Assembly (NCBI GenBank): GCA_046563655.1
Contig: CM102289.1
Location: forward strand, 6,696,001 to 6,760,000
DNA: 64,000 bases
From: Yuukianura sp. NJ FZ-2021
Taxonomy: Eukaryota
Direction: 5' to 3'
This document shows positions 1-12,683 of the stretch, in pieces (the first letter of the stretch is position 1; each line of letters begins with the position of its first letter). Both the position numbers and the translations under genes were made by a program. The notes beneath the pieces are model-generated. The model was not told where the DNA came from. It did not search any database and saw nothing but the letters and a program-made list of their open reading frames with translations.

Positions 1-542
1 CGGAAAAACAAAAAACAGATATTTTAATGGATTTTTTTGAAAGTTATTACAGGTAAACTATGCGAATGTTCCTGTAGTACAGAGTTTGGTACAAGTAACG
101 TGACTAGTGAAGTGTCAAAAGCTATTTGAGCTGGACTTTTTTCGTTACCAATTGACCTTCAAAACCTAGAAAACAAAAAATAGTAACTCAAATAATGGAC
201 TTTTACTTTTCTGGACAAAGTTCAACTAGTCCTATGATTTTGGTTTAACTGTCCAACTAATCGTAATTAAACTGTGCTTAACCTACATTGGTATTGTACT
301 GTACACAGTTTATGTCATTTTTCTGCATTGCAGTTGCGGTTTTAGTTTTGGAAAAAAAAATGCTTGAAACGATTTGCAACATTACTCAATTGGGTTTCAC
401 TTATTTTGTCACTTGATTAAGTATTGGCCAGTTAAATTGTGAAATTCTGTAACAATGCTTGGAGAAAGTATGTTTTGTGTAAATTTTTCCACTTCAAATA
501 CATTTTTCCGTGAGCAATTTTGCTTTGAAGATTCAACAATTT

Positions 543-2019
543 TTATATTGGAACAATAGTTTCGTTTGGCTTGAGTCCAACTAACTTCACACTTTTTTCC
601 CAAAGAACCCGAGCGTTGTCGTCATTTTCTCCCAAATTACTTGCTCGAGATTTCTAAAGTAAGAAATATTTTTCTTATTTAACTTAATTTTCAAAGTTAT
701 AATTTTGGTAGAAAGTGATTTTTACTTGGCAATCAACAAAGTACTCTCCGCTCATTCCCTCAACTTCTTCTGATACAGCGACATGAATTGACGTTTGTGC
801 TCCTTCAACAGTCGTCTGTTGTGTATGTTTAATCAATTAATTGAATTTATTAAAAAGCTTAACCAAATTAAAATTAAAGAGACTCACTTTAGCGAAAAGC
901 CCGAAACTAAATGTTATGATTCGCCAGTACCAAACTTCATTGAGGGTAGCGCCAAACGCAGTTTTAACAACTCCTGGATGTAGAGAATTGACTTTAATTT
1001 CTTTAATTCCAGCATCTTTCAAGCGCCGATTGAGTTCTCTAGTGAAGTAGATATTGGCCAATTTGGATAACTTATAGGCTTGCAGCGTTGTGAACGATTT
1101 TTCGGAGTTAAGATTTTCCGGATCGAAAACCTTCACATATCTATGAGCATCAGAGGATACGTTTACAATTCGGGCATTTCCGCTTTTTTTCAACAAATCT
1201 GAAAATTGTAAAAATAAAATTCTTTCGGGCAATTATTACAAAAAAGATAACGTTTAAAAAAATACCTAAAAGCAAATGTGTGAGAAGAAATGGGGCAAAG
1301 TGATTCGTTTGCATGCACAGTTCCATTCCATCTTTCGTGGATTCTTGTTTCGTCATTGGAATGCCAGCATTGTTAATCAAAATGTCCAACCGACTCTCTT
1401 CGGCAACAATTTCTTTACAAAATTTCCGAACAGATGCCAGCGAAGCCAAATCCAGTTGTTTTAGTGCAACATTTTCATTACGAGAATCTTGTTTGACTTC
1501 CTCTGTATAAATAAAAGATCCACTCAAATTAACCGAATCATTAAAGTCGAAATTTTTTGTGGGAAATATTTTTTGCACGATTATTTTTAAAATTTAATTT
1601 TACCCAACGCAGCTTTTCCTCTTTCCAAGCTTCGGCAAGCTAGAATAACTCGAGCTCCTCGTTTAGCAAGGTCCTTGGCTGTTTCTAATCCAATTCCTAC
1701 ATAGAGAATTTTGACTTTTCCTTTCAAAATTTTTTCTTTTGGAAAAAATAAACTTTGCATAATGGAGTTTATCATAACAGTAAAATTTCCTCTTACCAAT
1801 GTTAGCTCCAGTGACGATTACAGTTTTTCCATCAAGTCTTTTGTAAGACGTACAAACTCCAACAGACAATTTAGCATAGACTTTAAAACCCAAAGGAACC
1901 AAGACAAAGATTGTGATGAGAATAGGTGAGTAATATGCCAACAAAGACACCGTTAAGGAATAAAACGCGAATTCAGTCAAATAGTAGTACGGATCGCTAT
2001 TGATTCCTTGTTTAACCAT
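543..2019 (-). CDS. Retinol dehydrogenase 11/12/14-like short-chain dehydrogenase/reductase, multi-exon (copy 1)
   Basis: Spliced exons give an N-terminal TM, VIVTGANIGIG, LDILINNAG, TNHFAPF, YKLSK (YxxxK), SLHPGVV, GAQTSIH and ARVLWEKS, with TAA at 543-545. GT-AG junctions. Confidence 0.9.
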
Positions 2020-2688
2020 ATTTAGTTTAGCAGGTGACTTGACGTGATTCGGGCTAGAAAATAAACTGATTGCCGTCAAGGTTTTGCTTTTGTAGCTAGC
2101 ATTTGGCGTGTGTAAAATTGACATATTAAAATTTGGGAACGCATGATTTGTAGAAACACGTCCTTGGCAAAAAAAAGAAAGCTGGTTTTTGTCGAGTAGT
2201 TTGCTGTTGGAGTCGCAGGTAAGTGCGTATCAAAGTAAATTTGCTAGAACTTTACTTTCGATCTGTAACGTCGTGAAACATAGCCTATTGCTTGGAATAT
2301 AAAATAACCATGATCGATACTGACAACGCTTGGGTGCGTACCTATTGGAAAAAATACTTGACCTAGGATTATGATTTTCAGAACTCCAAAATTACTTTTT
2401 TGAATTTCGAACTCACTCTTCAGTCCTCATCATGGAATTACAATAATTTTTGAAACAAACAGTGTAAATTGTTTTTCCTTCCGCGGAAAAACTTGAAGTG
2501 CAAGATAAGTTTCGGATATATACGTCGTTCTGATGCAATGCCAAAAACAATTCAATTTGATCAAGCTTTGAAAATTATTGCTTTTCAATAGAGTAGAGGG
2601 CTTTAACAATCAAGCATGCTAGATTAAATTTCAAAGAAATTTTAACTGCTACAATACACCAGTTGCACAGTTATTGAAAACAAAACTT

Positions 2689-4100
2689 TCAAACTGTTTC
2701 AACGATAATTTCTGAACGGAAGATAGTTTCTTCAGACTTGAGTTCAACTGCCACCATGCTCTTTTCCCAAAGAATCCTTGCGTTATCCCCATTTCGAGCC
2801 ATCTTAGTCGGCGTAGTTTTCTGAAAACCAAAAAAAGCTTAGTTATTTTGTACTATTCCTAAAAGATTTTGATAAAAACATACTTTTTACCTTGCAATCA
2901 ACATAATAACCTCCACTGACTCCTTCAACTTCTTCTGAAACAGCAAGGTAAATTGTCGTTTGAGCCCCCTCGTAAGGAGTCTAAAAATTTTGCAATGTTT
3001 AAAACTCAACAAAACTGAAATTTTGTTTATATTAAATAGAATGCCATAAAAGGATTGAAATTCTATAGAATTTTAGTTCCAATTTAGCATCAATGGCTCA
3101 CCTTAAAGTAGAACCACAAAATCAATTTGGAGAATTTAACGTAGCAAGCGTTACTGGTATTCAAAACGTTAGTGTGCACAATTCCAGGATGGAGGCAGTT
3201 GACCGTAATGCCTTTGATTCCAGCCTCTTCCAAACGCCGTTTTAACTCCGTAGTGAAGTAAATATTAGATAATTTAGAGAGTCCATACACTTGAAGCCCA
3301 GAGTAAGATTTCTCGGAATTTAAATTTTCTGGATCAAATTTCAAGATGCTTTTGTGAGCACTGGAGGCTGTGTTCACAATTCGAGCATTTCCAGTTTTCT
3401 GCATTAAATCTGTACAAGTGAAAAGAAAAACAAATTGAAATACATTTAGTTTAAAAAAAAGACGAGACAATTTACCGAGAAGTAAATTGGTGAGGAGGAA
3501 TGGTCCAAAATGGTTTGTTTGCATGCAAAGCTCAAGTCCATCTTTCGTTATTTCCTTTTTCGTAACAAACAACCCAGCATTGTTAACCAAAATGTCTAAT
3601 CGACTCTCTTCAGCAACGATTTCTCCACAAAATTTGCGAACGGATTCAAAAGAAGCCAAATCCAGTTGTTTCAGAACTACGTCGTCATTCCCTGAATATC
3701 GTTTAACTTCATCTACAAAATGCGAGTTTAGTTATGGTAAATTTGAAAATATCTTTAGTCTAAACATTTTTATAATCAAAAAATTGCCTAATGCAGTCTT
3801 TCCTCGTTCCATACTTCGGCAAGCCAAAATGAGCCGAGCGCCACGTTTGGCCAAATCCTTAGCCGTTTCTAGCCCGATGCCTTTAGAAATGAACTGGTTT
3901 CAGGGAAATTTCGAATTAGAATTTAGCTCTTTTGGGTTACCATTGTTGGCTCCAGTGACGATGACAGTTTTTCCGTCAAGTCTTTTCTTTGATTTGCAGT
4001 ACCCAATAGACAATTTGCAGTAGATTTTAATCCCTACAAGTATCAAAATCAAAAAGAAGACAATGCCAGCAGGTATTATGTAATACAGTAACGTGGACAT
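2689..4100 (-). CDS. Retinol dehydrogenase-like SDR, multi-exon (tandem copy 2)
   Basis: Same exon structure as copy 1: [35 protein letters not shown], with TGA at 2689-2691. Confidence 0.9.
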
Positions 4101-4394
4101 GACTATGATTTACAGCGACTCGGTTGAACTTCTACGTCAAAATATTTGCTTTAAATCGTTGCCCGTTATGGCCACGCGTCTTTCAAGTTTCTAACTCTAG
4201 GGTAAACTGTTTGTTTAAATTTCGAAATCATAGGTTTTCGCGTAACCGTGGGAGAGCAATCATTTTTTCCCTTTTATTTTCTAAAAACGTATCAGAAAGT
4301 TCTTAACAAATAGTGTGTGACTTACTCTACATTTACTGACTTGTACAATTAAAAAGCAGTAATTTTTCTCAAATTGTTTCTCAATCTCTTATGC

Positions 4395-4610
4395 CGACAT
4401 TATAGCTTCGTTTGGTTTGAGTCCAAATAGTCTACACTACGCAAAATCATAGCATTTCTAGCCGAGTTAAAAATTGACGCTTTCTAAAAGGAATACGAAA
4501 ATTTTTAGCTCAATTTTAACTATTAATAATATAGATGAAAATGATTTTTACCTTGCAAATTGCGTAGTACGCTCTATTGATGTGCTCAAGACTTCACTGA
4601 TGCCGAACTG
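4395..4610 (-). pseudogene. Degenerate relic of the last two exons of a third SDR copy
   Basis: 'ttcgtttggtttgagtccaa' (~4407) matches 'ttcgtttggcttgagtccaa' (~561). 'ttttaccttgcaa' (~4546) matches the donor at ~2885. No intact frame. Confidence 0.55.
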
Positions 4611-6600
4611 CATCATGCATAAATGAAAGTGCACAGAATAGATTGCATTCCATGGGCTTGTCACGTCCATTTGGTAAAAAAATAGTAAGTTCTTATTCTT
4701 TTGTGTTTGAGCCTTAATGCAGCGACAGAAATATTCGATTTTAACGATTCGGTAGTTTAATAATTTTCTGGGGCATGTTACAGTCTACATGGTGTTCCAA
4801 AAGTTAGTTTCATCTCATAAAGTTAAGAACTCATACGTTAAGTTTTAAGATACAAAGACTCAATGGTGGGAAATGAGACATGAGATGGAAAAGTTACACA
4901 AGGAGAAAAAAAAAGATGAAACTGAATTTTGGAACAACCATATCGTAGTTGTTCACTGGATGAGCATTAGCAACTTTTTTTGCAATCAAAATATCGTTTT
5001 AATTTCAAAAGCAAAGAAAAAATCACACTCAAGCAATACATGGAACTATATTTTTCAGGGCAATTCTGAAGAAGTTACACATATTATTGAAAATTCGTTG
5101 GGGCCATGTGCTTACGACGTCACTTTTTGATCAGATGCTCTACGGTCACTAATTATTTTGTTTTAAACGGCGCTAATTTTCACACAAGTCATTTTCTTTG
5201 CGGTAAAATAGGAGTGGAAGGTAATACACATTTAACCGTGACATCACTCCGTAAAAAAAACTTCTTTCCAAGGTCAAGGTCATTGCAGCAAAAGGTGTGG
5301 AGCTTATTAGCTCATGGACTTTATGAAATCATTTTCCAACCAGAAAAAAATGAAACTTTTTTCTTGATTTATTGTTTTGTCAGTTATGTATACAAGTAAT
5401 CATCAAATTTACTACCGATTAGCACAAACATAACCGGCTTTTCCCGCACATTTGAGCTTGAATTTACTCATGCGTTGCAGCTACTGTCTAATGACATCAT
5501 TAAGGTAAAATTTTTAAAATTTTTCGCAAACCCGCATTAGGCTTTACAGCGACGCAGTTAATCTAAAGTTTTGCGTTTGTTAGTTTTTAACAAAGACTTC
5601 GAAATTTTGTCTCAAATAATTGCAGAGTCATGACGTAGCCACGCCCTAAAACTTTAAACTTCTTTGCCTTTGTCTAGTTAATTATTTATCGAACCATTTT
5701 TAGCACAAACTGCTTATCGTTTTCCATTTGTGTTCCACACGAGCACGAAAAAGTTGTATGAAACACGCTTCTTCATTTCTTTTTAAGCTGAATTTTAGTT
5801 TCCAGATTTGGTCTTTATGGTTTAGTCGACTGGACATTTTTGCATTAAATTTTGGAAGCATGAATGTCCAAAAGAATTGAAATTGGTTGACAAGGTTAAG
5901 TGGTTATAAAACATTTTGTTTAGCAGGGAGATCATATCACCAAAGAAAGTGTCAAGAAGTGTTAACATTTGCTCGCAATTTTGAATTTCGGTTTAACTGT
6001 TTTTGCAAGTTAAATTTTTGGCACAATTTTTATGTCCCGCTTTTGCGCAGAAGTCAATTGACTTAACCTTTAAATTCGTTTAACTTGTGGCACCAAAATA
6101 ATTTTGAAGCACCCAATACCACAAACTTCCTCATTTTTTTCTGTTTTTAAGTGGTGATGGTATGCAGACAGCGCAATTTTTTCTGCAGTTTTACAAAGTT
6201 TCTAATTGAAGTCGAGGTTGAAACTTTTCGGATAAATTTGTTGCAATTGGTCCTTGACAAGGTCTCGTTTAGTAGCCGGAGCTGCAGAACAAGTAGGCGC
6301 GTCCATTTGCTACACAGTTAGGCAGATGCACATATTGCTAACAATTTGGCTCAATTGAATGTAAAGGTCCTTTGGATTTATTTAATCACAGAATTACCTT
6401 CAGGATGAAGATTAATGGGCCTTTGGTTTTATGCGTCTCATCCATCATCCATGCTCTTGCGCAGTCACCTCGAGATGCTCTGTGTCCTTCACTTGGGTGG
6501 CTGGCAACAAACAAACACCTACACTACATTACTTGCGTTGAGAACTTGTAAAAAAAATATCCAAGGAATTGCAAAAACAAAAAATAGCTCATTTAAGGTT

Positions 6601-7030
6601 CAATGCCATTTCATCGAATGAATTACAACGAAATGAATTTCCGCTAAAGAACTTCTCCGAAACCACAGTTCCAACGAAAGTTGAATTGCCCCGAAGGGAA
6701 TTACAACGAAAGTAGAATTACATAAACAAAAGTTGAATTACAACGAAAGTGGAACTTAATTGCAAAAAAAGTAGAATTACACCACCGCACCGGGTCTTCG
6801 GCGCGAGAAAATATGAGTGAATTCACGGAATGAAGCCGTATAGAAGGTTACCTACCAGTTTGATGTGACTCTCGTTGTAGTTCCACTTTCGTTGTGAATC
6901 AACTTTCGTCGTAAGTCTACTTTCGTTGCAACTCACTTTGGGGTAATTCAATTTTCGTTGCAATCGATTACTTGAAAACTTATTCGGAGAAATTCACTTC
7001 GATGCCATTCATTCGATGAAATAGCGTGCC
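6601..7030. mobile_element. Fold-back/MITE-like element with long imperfect inverted arms built from ~17-18 bp subrepeats
   Basis: Left 'atttcatcgaatgaattacaacgaaatgaattt' pairs with right 'aaattcacttcgatgccattcattcgatgaaat'. The repeated 'caacgaaagt(t/a/g)gaa' is mirrored by 'ttc(a/c)actttcgttg'. No ORF. Confidence 0.7.
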
Positions 7031-8215
7031 TACCATTACCCCATTATTATTCCAAGTGAACAACAAAGGATCTTAACATATTTTAAAATCTCGAACCAAC
7101 TTCGCAGGTTCCCGCTGAAAATGAGCAATGTACGTCAGTTCATGGGTTTTCTTAGTGCCCGGGGTTCTAGTTTTTCTCGCGTGTAAATTTTTCAAACCGG
7201 AATTTGTAAACCGGTAAAATCTGATCCACGTAAAACAAAATTTACCTTTTATTCTTGATTGAAAATTTCACAGAAACGGAAATAATGGCCATTTCTGAAG
7301 GATTTCCGAAAAATACTCTACGCGCAAGGAAAAATTTCTTTCCGAAGATGTTTAACTTACATGGCGAACAACTCGTTTATGAAAATGCTTAACGCGAGGA
7401 AGGAATTTTCGGGCTCAATGTACACGTTATGCAAATACGTCGTCACCGCACAGACCAAAAATCATGAAAACTTCACATGCCATAAAAATGCAGGAAGAAA
7501 ACGGAGGTTCACGTCCAAATTGCAGGAGAACGTGGCATGTTCTTAGTAAATTTTGCTTCAAAGTGCCAAAGTAACCCTGGATTTTGGCAATGATAATAAA
7601 AAGAAACGAATTGTGTTGATGGACAAGGTAATTGGTGAATCCCACGTTCAGCCCACTTCAAGTCAAGAACACTGCTGTCTTAAGAAAACGATGTTAAGAT
7701 CTTAGTGATGCCATCAGTAGTGCTTTTTGCCCTAGTAGTTGTAGTGCCTCTTCTAGAAACTGTTACGTCACTAGTTATTTAGATCCTTAGTCCCCCCCAT
7801 AACCCACTGACTGACATTCTCATAGCCTCGCCCATGATTTGCGCCTTCTTCCGAATCTCCATCGTTAAGAGTCTCAACTCTGCGATTTGCTGCCCAGGCA
7901 AGAACGAACTGATCACTTCAGACCAGATATATTTACAACACAGACAATCCCAATCTTAAAATCAGTTTTCAAAAGCCGCTTGCTCTGAACAGTCTCTCTT
8001 TGGAGAAAACTTCGAGCTTTTTTGCCATTTTGCCAATCAGTTAATAGTCAAAAAAAATTTGGACAGTAGTCGTACTTGGTTAGCATTGTTGCTGAATACG
8101 TTGCTTTTTTAGAACAGAGCTTAAAGCAATTGCAGCAGCTTTGTTTCTTATCTTTTCTTTTTGTAGTAATTTCTGGGAAAGTCGTAGTTTTTTAAAATTT
8201 AAAGAATTTAAAAAA

Positions 8216-11200
8216 ATGGCTACAAGAACAGGGAAACAGGGGACTCCAGAACCGGTCAAGGCTCCGACGCCTCCGAGGCAACTCCCTCCAGGGGCTCCTA
8301 TCACGCAGGCGCCAGCCAAAGTAGCAAACGGCCCACCTACACCAGCAGACGCAAAACTCAACGGCGGTAAGTTTTGTTCGAACAAAAAACTGGTTTATGA
8401 AATAACTCATGGTATATAGACTACGAAGGTTTTTGATTGACGTATGAGGAAAATTTTGGTAAAATGAAGAGTTCCATAACGCCTAACGCGCATCTTTTCT
8501 TTCAACTTTTCACACAATGTAAAATGAAGAATTTTGAAATTCAACCAAATGTGAAGAATTTATTTTGAACTAAAGTATCTCATAATAAGTTATATAACAA
8601 ATTATTGTTTGCTAAGAAATTTTTTTTCTCAGTATGTGTTGAATTCTCGTTCCCGTATTTTCAAAAGAATTTTTTCTTTGAATTTTTTTTGTAGGGGTAA
8701 TCCTGTTTAGGGCGTAAACATTTGGTTTGAAAGTGTCAGTTTTTGAAAATGTTCCAAAATATATGGAATCTAGGCTGTCGTGAGTCATGCGTCTGAATAG
8801 TTTAACTAAAGTTTCTATATCATGAAGATTTATATTTTTGAAACAAGCCTCCAATGCCAAAAACACACTGAGGAGTTCAAATGTCGCGCTGCTTTGCAAA
8901 AACAAGCGAAAAGATTTTCATGTCAAGGTGAAGATGAAGCTTTTTTTTAAACTATTGAGGAAGTAGCACCTTCATCCTGTCATTAGCGTCACGAAAAATC
9001 AAAATTGGTAAACCATAAACTTCAATTAACTTTCAATTAACATGCTAACCTTTGTGTAAACGATTTATACGTAAATTTTCTACTCATTGTTGCCAATTTT
9101 TTGCACGTCAAGACTCCACTTTGCAATTGTCATAAACATAATTCATATCCGTCTTCCAAGAAAGAATATGAGATTCCTGCTCCAGAAAAAAATCTTCACC
9201 TTGAGAATTTTTAGCAGCTTGACTCTAATTTATGCATTCGCCATTTTTTTTTGCATCGTTCCGGCTCCAGGGAGTCAGCCTCTATTTTTAGCATTTTTTT
9301 TGCAAATGACTTCCCGTAGTCAAAAGGCTTAAAAACGACACTATAAAAATTTAGTGGTCTACTTTACCTTATAACCAGACGAGAGTCATGAATTCTGGAT
9401 TTGGAATTGAACTGAATTTGGAACGTGCGGCGTAGGAGCATAGAACAAACGGATTCCGCAAAAAATGGGGTGTCACAGTGCAAAAAAAAATCGCGAGTGC
9501 AGATTTTAAGCACATGTGAAATGCAGGGGAGAAATATTTGGCAACATGAAAACTGAAAACCGGGTCGGATTTTTTTAAAGAAAAATTCGGCTCAAATGAC
9601 CGAATTATTTTTGGCACAAAAGTCATTTGTTTCATTCCATTGCACTTGGTGACCTGAATTGAAAAGCAATCTCGCTCGGTACTAAAAAGGCCATTTAAAA
9701 AACGTTACAAGTCATTAATTTTTTTTGAAATTCGTGATTTCAGAAAACGGATTTGTATCTTTGATGCGTCTTTCAAGATTGGATGAAAAGAATGCTCTGA
9801 TTGGTCTCAACAATCGTCTGGCTGCTATTATCGACCGAAATCAAAAGCTAGAGTCGGAAAATGCAAAACTCAACAAAGAGGTAATTGAAATAAAAAAATT
9901 GAAAAGAAAATTCAAACTGAAGGGATTTGGAGATTTGAAACTTCTCAAAGGTGAAAGCAGTTGAGGAACGCCTTGTTGTTACCACAAATAACTTGAAGAA
10001 GACTTTTGACAATGACAATGCGGGCCTTCGGAAACAATTGGAACTACTTGAGAAAGACAAAGTCAAACTTGGCTTGTCAGAATCGAATTTGAAGAATCAG
10101 CTAAATGACGCCAATGCAAAGTAAGCCCATATTTTGCATATTTTGTAAAATTTTGTAATTACAGAAAACATTAATATTATTTTTACCCAACAAACAACTA
10201 TTTAACTTGCCCCTCCCTCACATAAGTTTGTGTTTGCTTGTCAAAAACTGGCATCAATAGCTTTGAATTTTGGCACTACTAAGTAGTAGTGACAGTTTTG
10301 AACATTAGGCTGTCAGTCTTGTTATCCTCTTCGCGGTGAGTCACAAGTCGTCGGATTTGTCACCGAAATTTTTTGGCAAAGTTGAACAATTTTTACTTTG
10401 GCACAAATCGAAAAGCACCCGGCTAGGCGCTGTTTATGACACAAAATATGAGGGCGTCAATTTAGCCGAATTACAAAAATAACCTGAATTTTTCTGAAAT
10501 TCTAGAATTCAAAAAGGCGACAAAGAAAATGCTGATCTTCAAAAGAAGTTGAAGGACGCAGACGCCAAGAATGTTGGAAACGAAGCCGAAATTAAGAAGC
10601 AGAAAGACGATATCAATAAACTGATCAAACAGAATCAAGAGCTGACCGATGAAAACAAGAAATTGAAAGATGAAAATAACAAGTTGAAGAAGGCCAACGA
10701 AGATCAACTTCTCGCGCACGTCGAACTACAGAATGCTTTGAAGAACAAGGGAGAAGAACTGCAGCTTAAGTCACAAATTCATGAACAGGAAGTCTCTGTG
10801 ATCAAAACAACGAATCAGAACAAACTCCAGGAAATGGGCGGGAAACTTCAGAAGGAATACGACACCAAATTGGAAGAAGCCATCAAGGCTCTTCGAGCAG
10901 ACTGTGAGCGCCAAATTAAAAATAACAAAGACCAGCAAGACAAACTTTATAAGATGAAGGAGGGAGACCTCAAAGGTCAACTGGACAAGGTCAATTCAAC
11001 GCTCAAGTCAAAGGGAGACGAATTGGCCAATATTATGATCAAGATCACTGAATATGACACTAAGATTTCTGGAATGGAGGGTGAGAGAGCATCGCTTCTG
11101 CAGAAATTGAAGGGAGCGGAAGACAAATTGAAGGAGGTTCAAACAAGGTTGACGAACGATTTGAAGGAAATGGAGCGTCTTTTGAAACAATTGCAAGACG

Positions 11201-11481
11201 AAAAGAGTAAATTAATCAACGAGTATCAAGATTTGATGGAGGTCAAGGTGGCTTTGGATAATGAAATTGCTACTTACCGAATTCTGTTGGAAGGGGAAGA
11301 GGAACGGTAAGTGTGGGAAATTGCAAAATTCTAAATTGCCAATTTTTTACCTTCAATCCAAAAATTATGTTTGTTGTTGCTAAATTTTGGTTTTTGATTT
11401 TTTAGACTTTGCATCTCTCCAGCTGGGCTCAACAAGAAAGTTCAGAACGAATTGGAGCAGCAGATTATTACGTCGTTGTAA
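8216..11481 (+). CDS. Lamin-derived intermediate filament protein, tail-less (isomin-like candidate), 5 exons, ~444 aa
   Basis: Coil 1A 'SRLDEKNALIGLNNRLAAIIDR' and coil 2 end 'KVALDNEIATYRILLEGEEER'. Exons ~8216-8366, 9744-9880, 9951-10120, 10506-11306 and 11406-11481 splice in frame. The tail is only 24 aa. Confidence 0.88.
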
Positions 11482-11986
11482 ACTGTTTTTTAATGGAAAA
11501 CGAGTATTACATTTTCGCCAAAAAGTTTTTTTCGATTGTTTTTTTTTCCAAAACGAGACGAAAACAGGATGTGATTGTTAGTAAAGGGGGAAGAAGTAAA
11601 AAATTGTATTAGAAAGGTGCTAGAAGCTAATCAACATTGTAATTGTGTAAATATAGTTAACACTTTCGCAATTTTAACTTACATTGTAAACCTAACATAA
11701 ACAAGGTAGGTTATCCGCTTGCGAAATTTTATTCTTATGAAAAAATGGGTTAAGAAAAGTAAACGTTAGTTGAATAGGTTTTGTCTGTCATTTCAGTTTC
11801 ATTGAGCTTATTTTGCTTTTTTAGTGTATACGAATAGAACGCTTACTTTTATTAATAAAAGTCTAAAAATGTTGTTCTTGGAATTTTTTTTGAATGGTTC
11901 AAAAAAACTGGAGAATTTTTGGAAATAGAGCAAAAGCTGTGAGCGTCTTTATTGAACAGTTTGTCTTTTTTAGTTATTTATGAAAT

Positions 11987-12683
11987 TCATTTTGCAGCAA
12001 TTTCTGACAAAAATTCGAAAGTCCATGACTGGGAGTCTTTGTTCCCTTCGGCGTCAACAGCTTCAGAAAAGGAGACTCGGCTGCCAGTTCTGGAAAATTC
12101 AAATGAAATGTTTCAGCAAAGTTATTTAAATAATAAAATAACTTATATAAATTGTGCGTTATGAACGTGGTTCCTAACCCAGTGCTCGTGAGAAACGCTT
12201 CTCCATTGTGGAGCGTGAAAGTGTTGTCTTTTCCTTCTACTGGTTCGAATTTCCAGTTCACTGGCTCCTCCTTTTGACCTTCAGCGCAATCCGCTTTCCC
12301 GCGCTTCGAGACTTCATTGTTCTTGATCTTTTCGTTCCGAATAATCTGGATCTTCTTGTCTCCTGTTTGCAAACAATACAAAATAACAATGCATTTAATT
12401 AACTGAAAGATAAATAACAAAACTAAATAATATTGAATTCCATTCAGACTTTCACCTTCTTCACGGACTTTCACTTTCCACTTCTGCTCTTCCTGCTCTT
12501 CGTATGGAGCAGTTTTGACCGTTCGTGGACATCCGTCCGTCGTGGCAGTTAGAACCTACAAATTCAAATTCAAAATGTTAGCTATAAATAATAATTTGAA
12601 ATTAGGCGCGGATAGATCAGCCTTACAGCGCCATCCAAAGATGAGACGATTTTGTACCAGCCAGCCTTGAGTCCATGTTCCAT
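11987..12683 (-). CDS. Small (~140 aa) cytosolic ricin-B/beta-trefoil-like protein, 4 exons
   Basis: Spliced MEHGLKAGWYKIVSSLDGA-VLTAT...EQKWKV...PVNWKFEPV...NTFTLHN...DSQSWTFE. Three W-ending subrepeats, two of them QxW. No signal peptide. Confidence 0.65.

Noticed and set aside
3487..4023. 178-aa plus-strand ORF
   Set aside because: Antisense to SDR copy 2 and spans its introns.
9232..9501. Short inverted match 'tgcattcgccattttttttgca' / 'tgcaaaaaaaaatcgcgagtgca' in IF intron 1
   Set aside because: Possibly an old MITE, but too short and degenerate to support.
8216..11481. Calling the IF gene a canonical nuclear lamin or a myosin/tropomyosin
   Set aside because: Both IF consensus ends are present, which excludes myosin and tropomyosin. 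No LTD, NLS or CaaX exon is visible before the convergent neighbouring gene ending at 11987.
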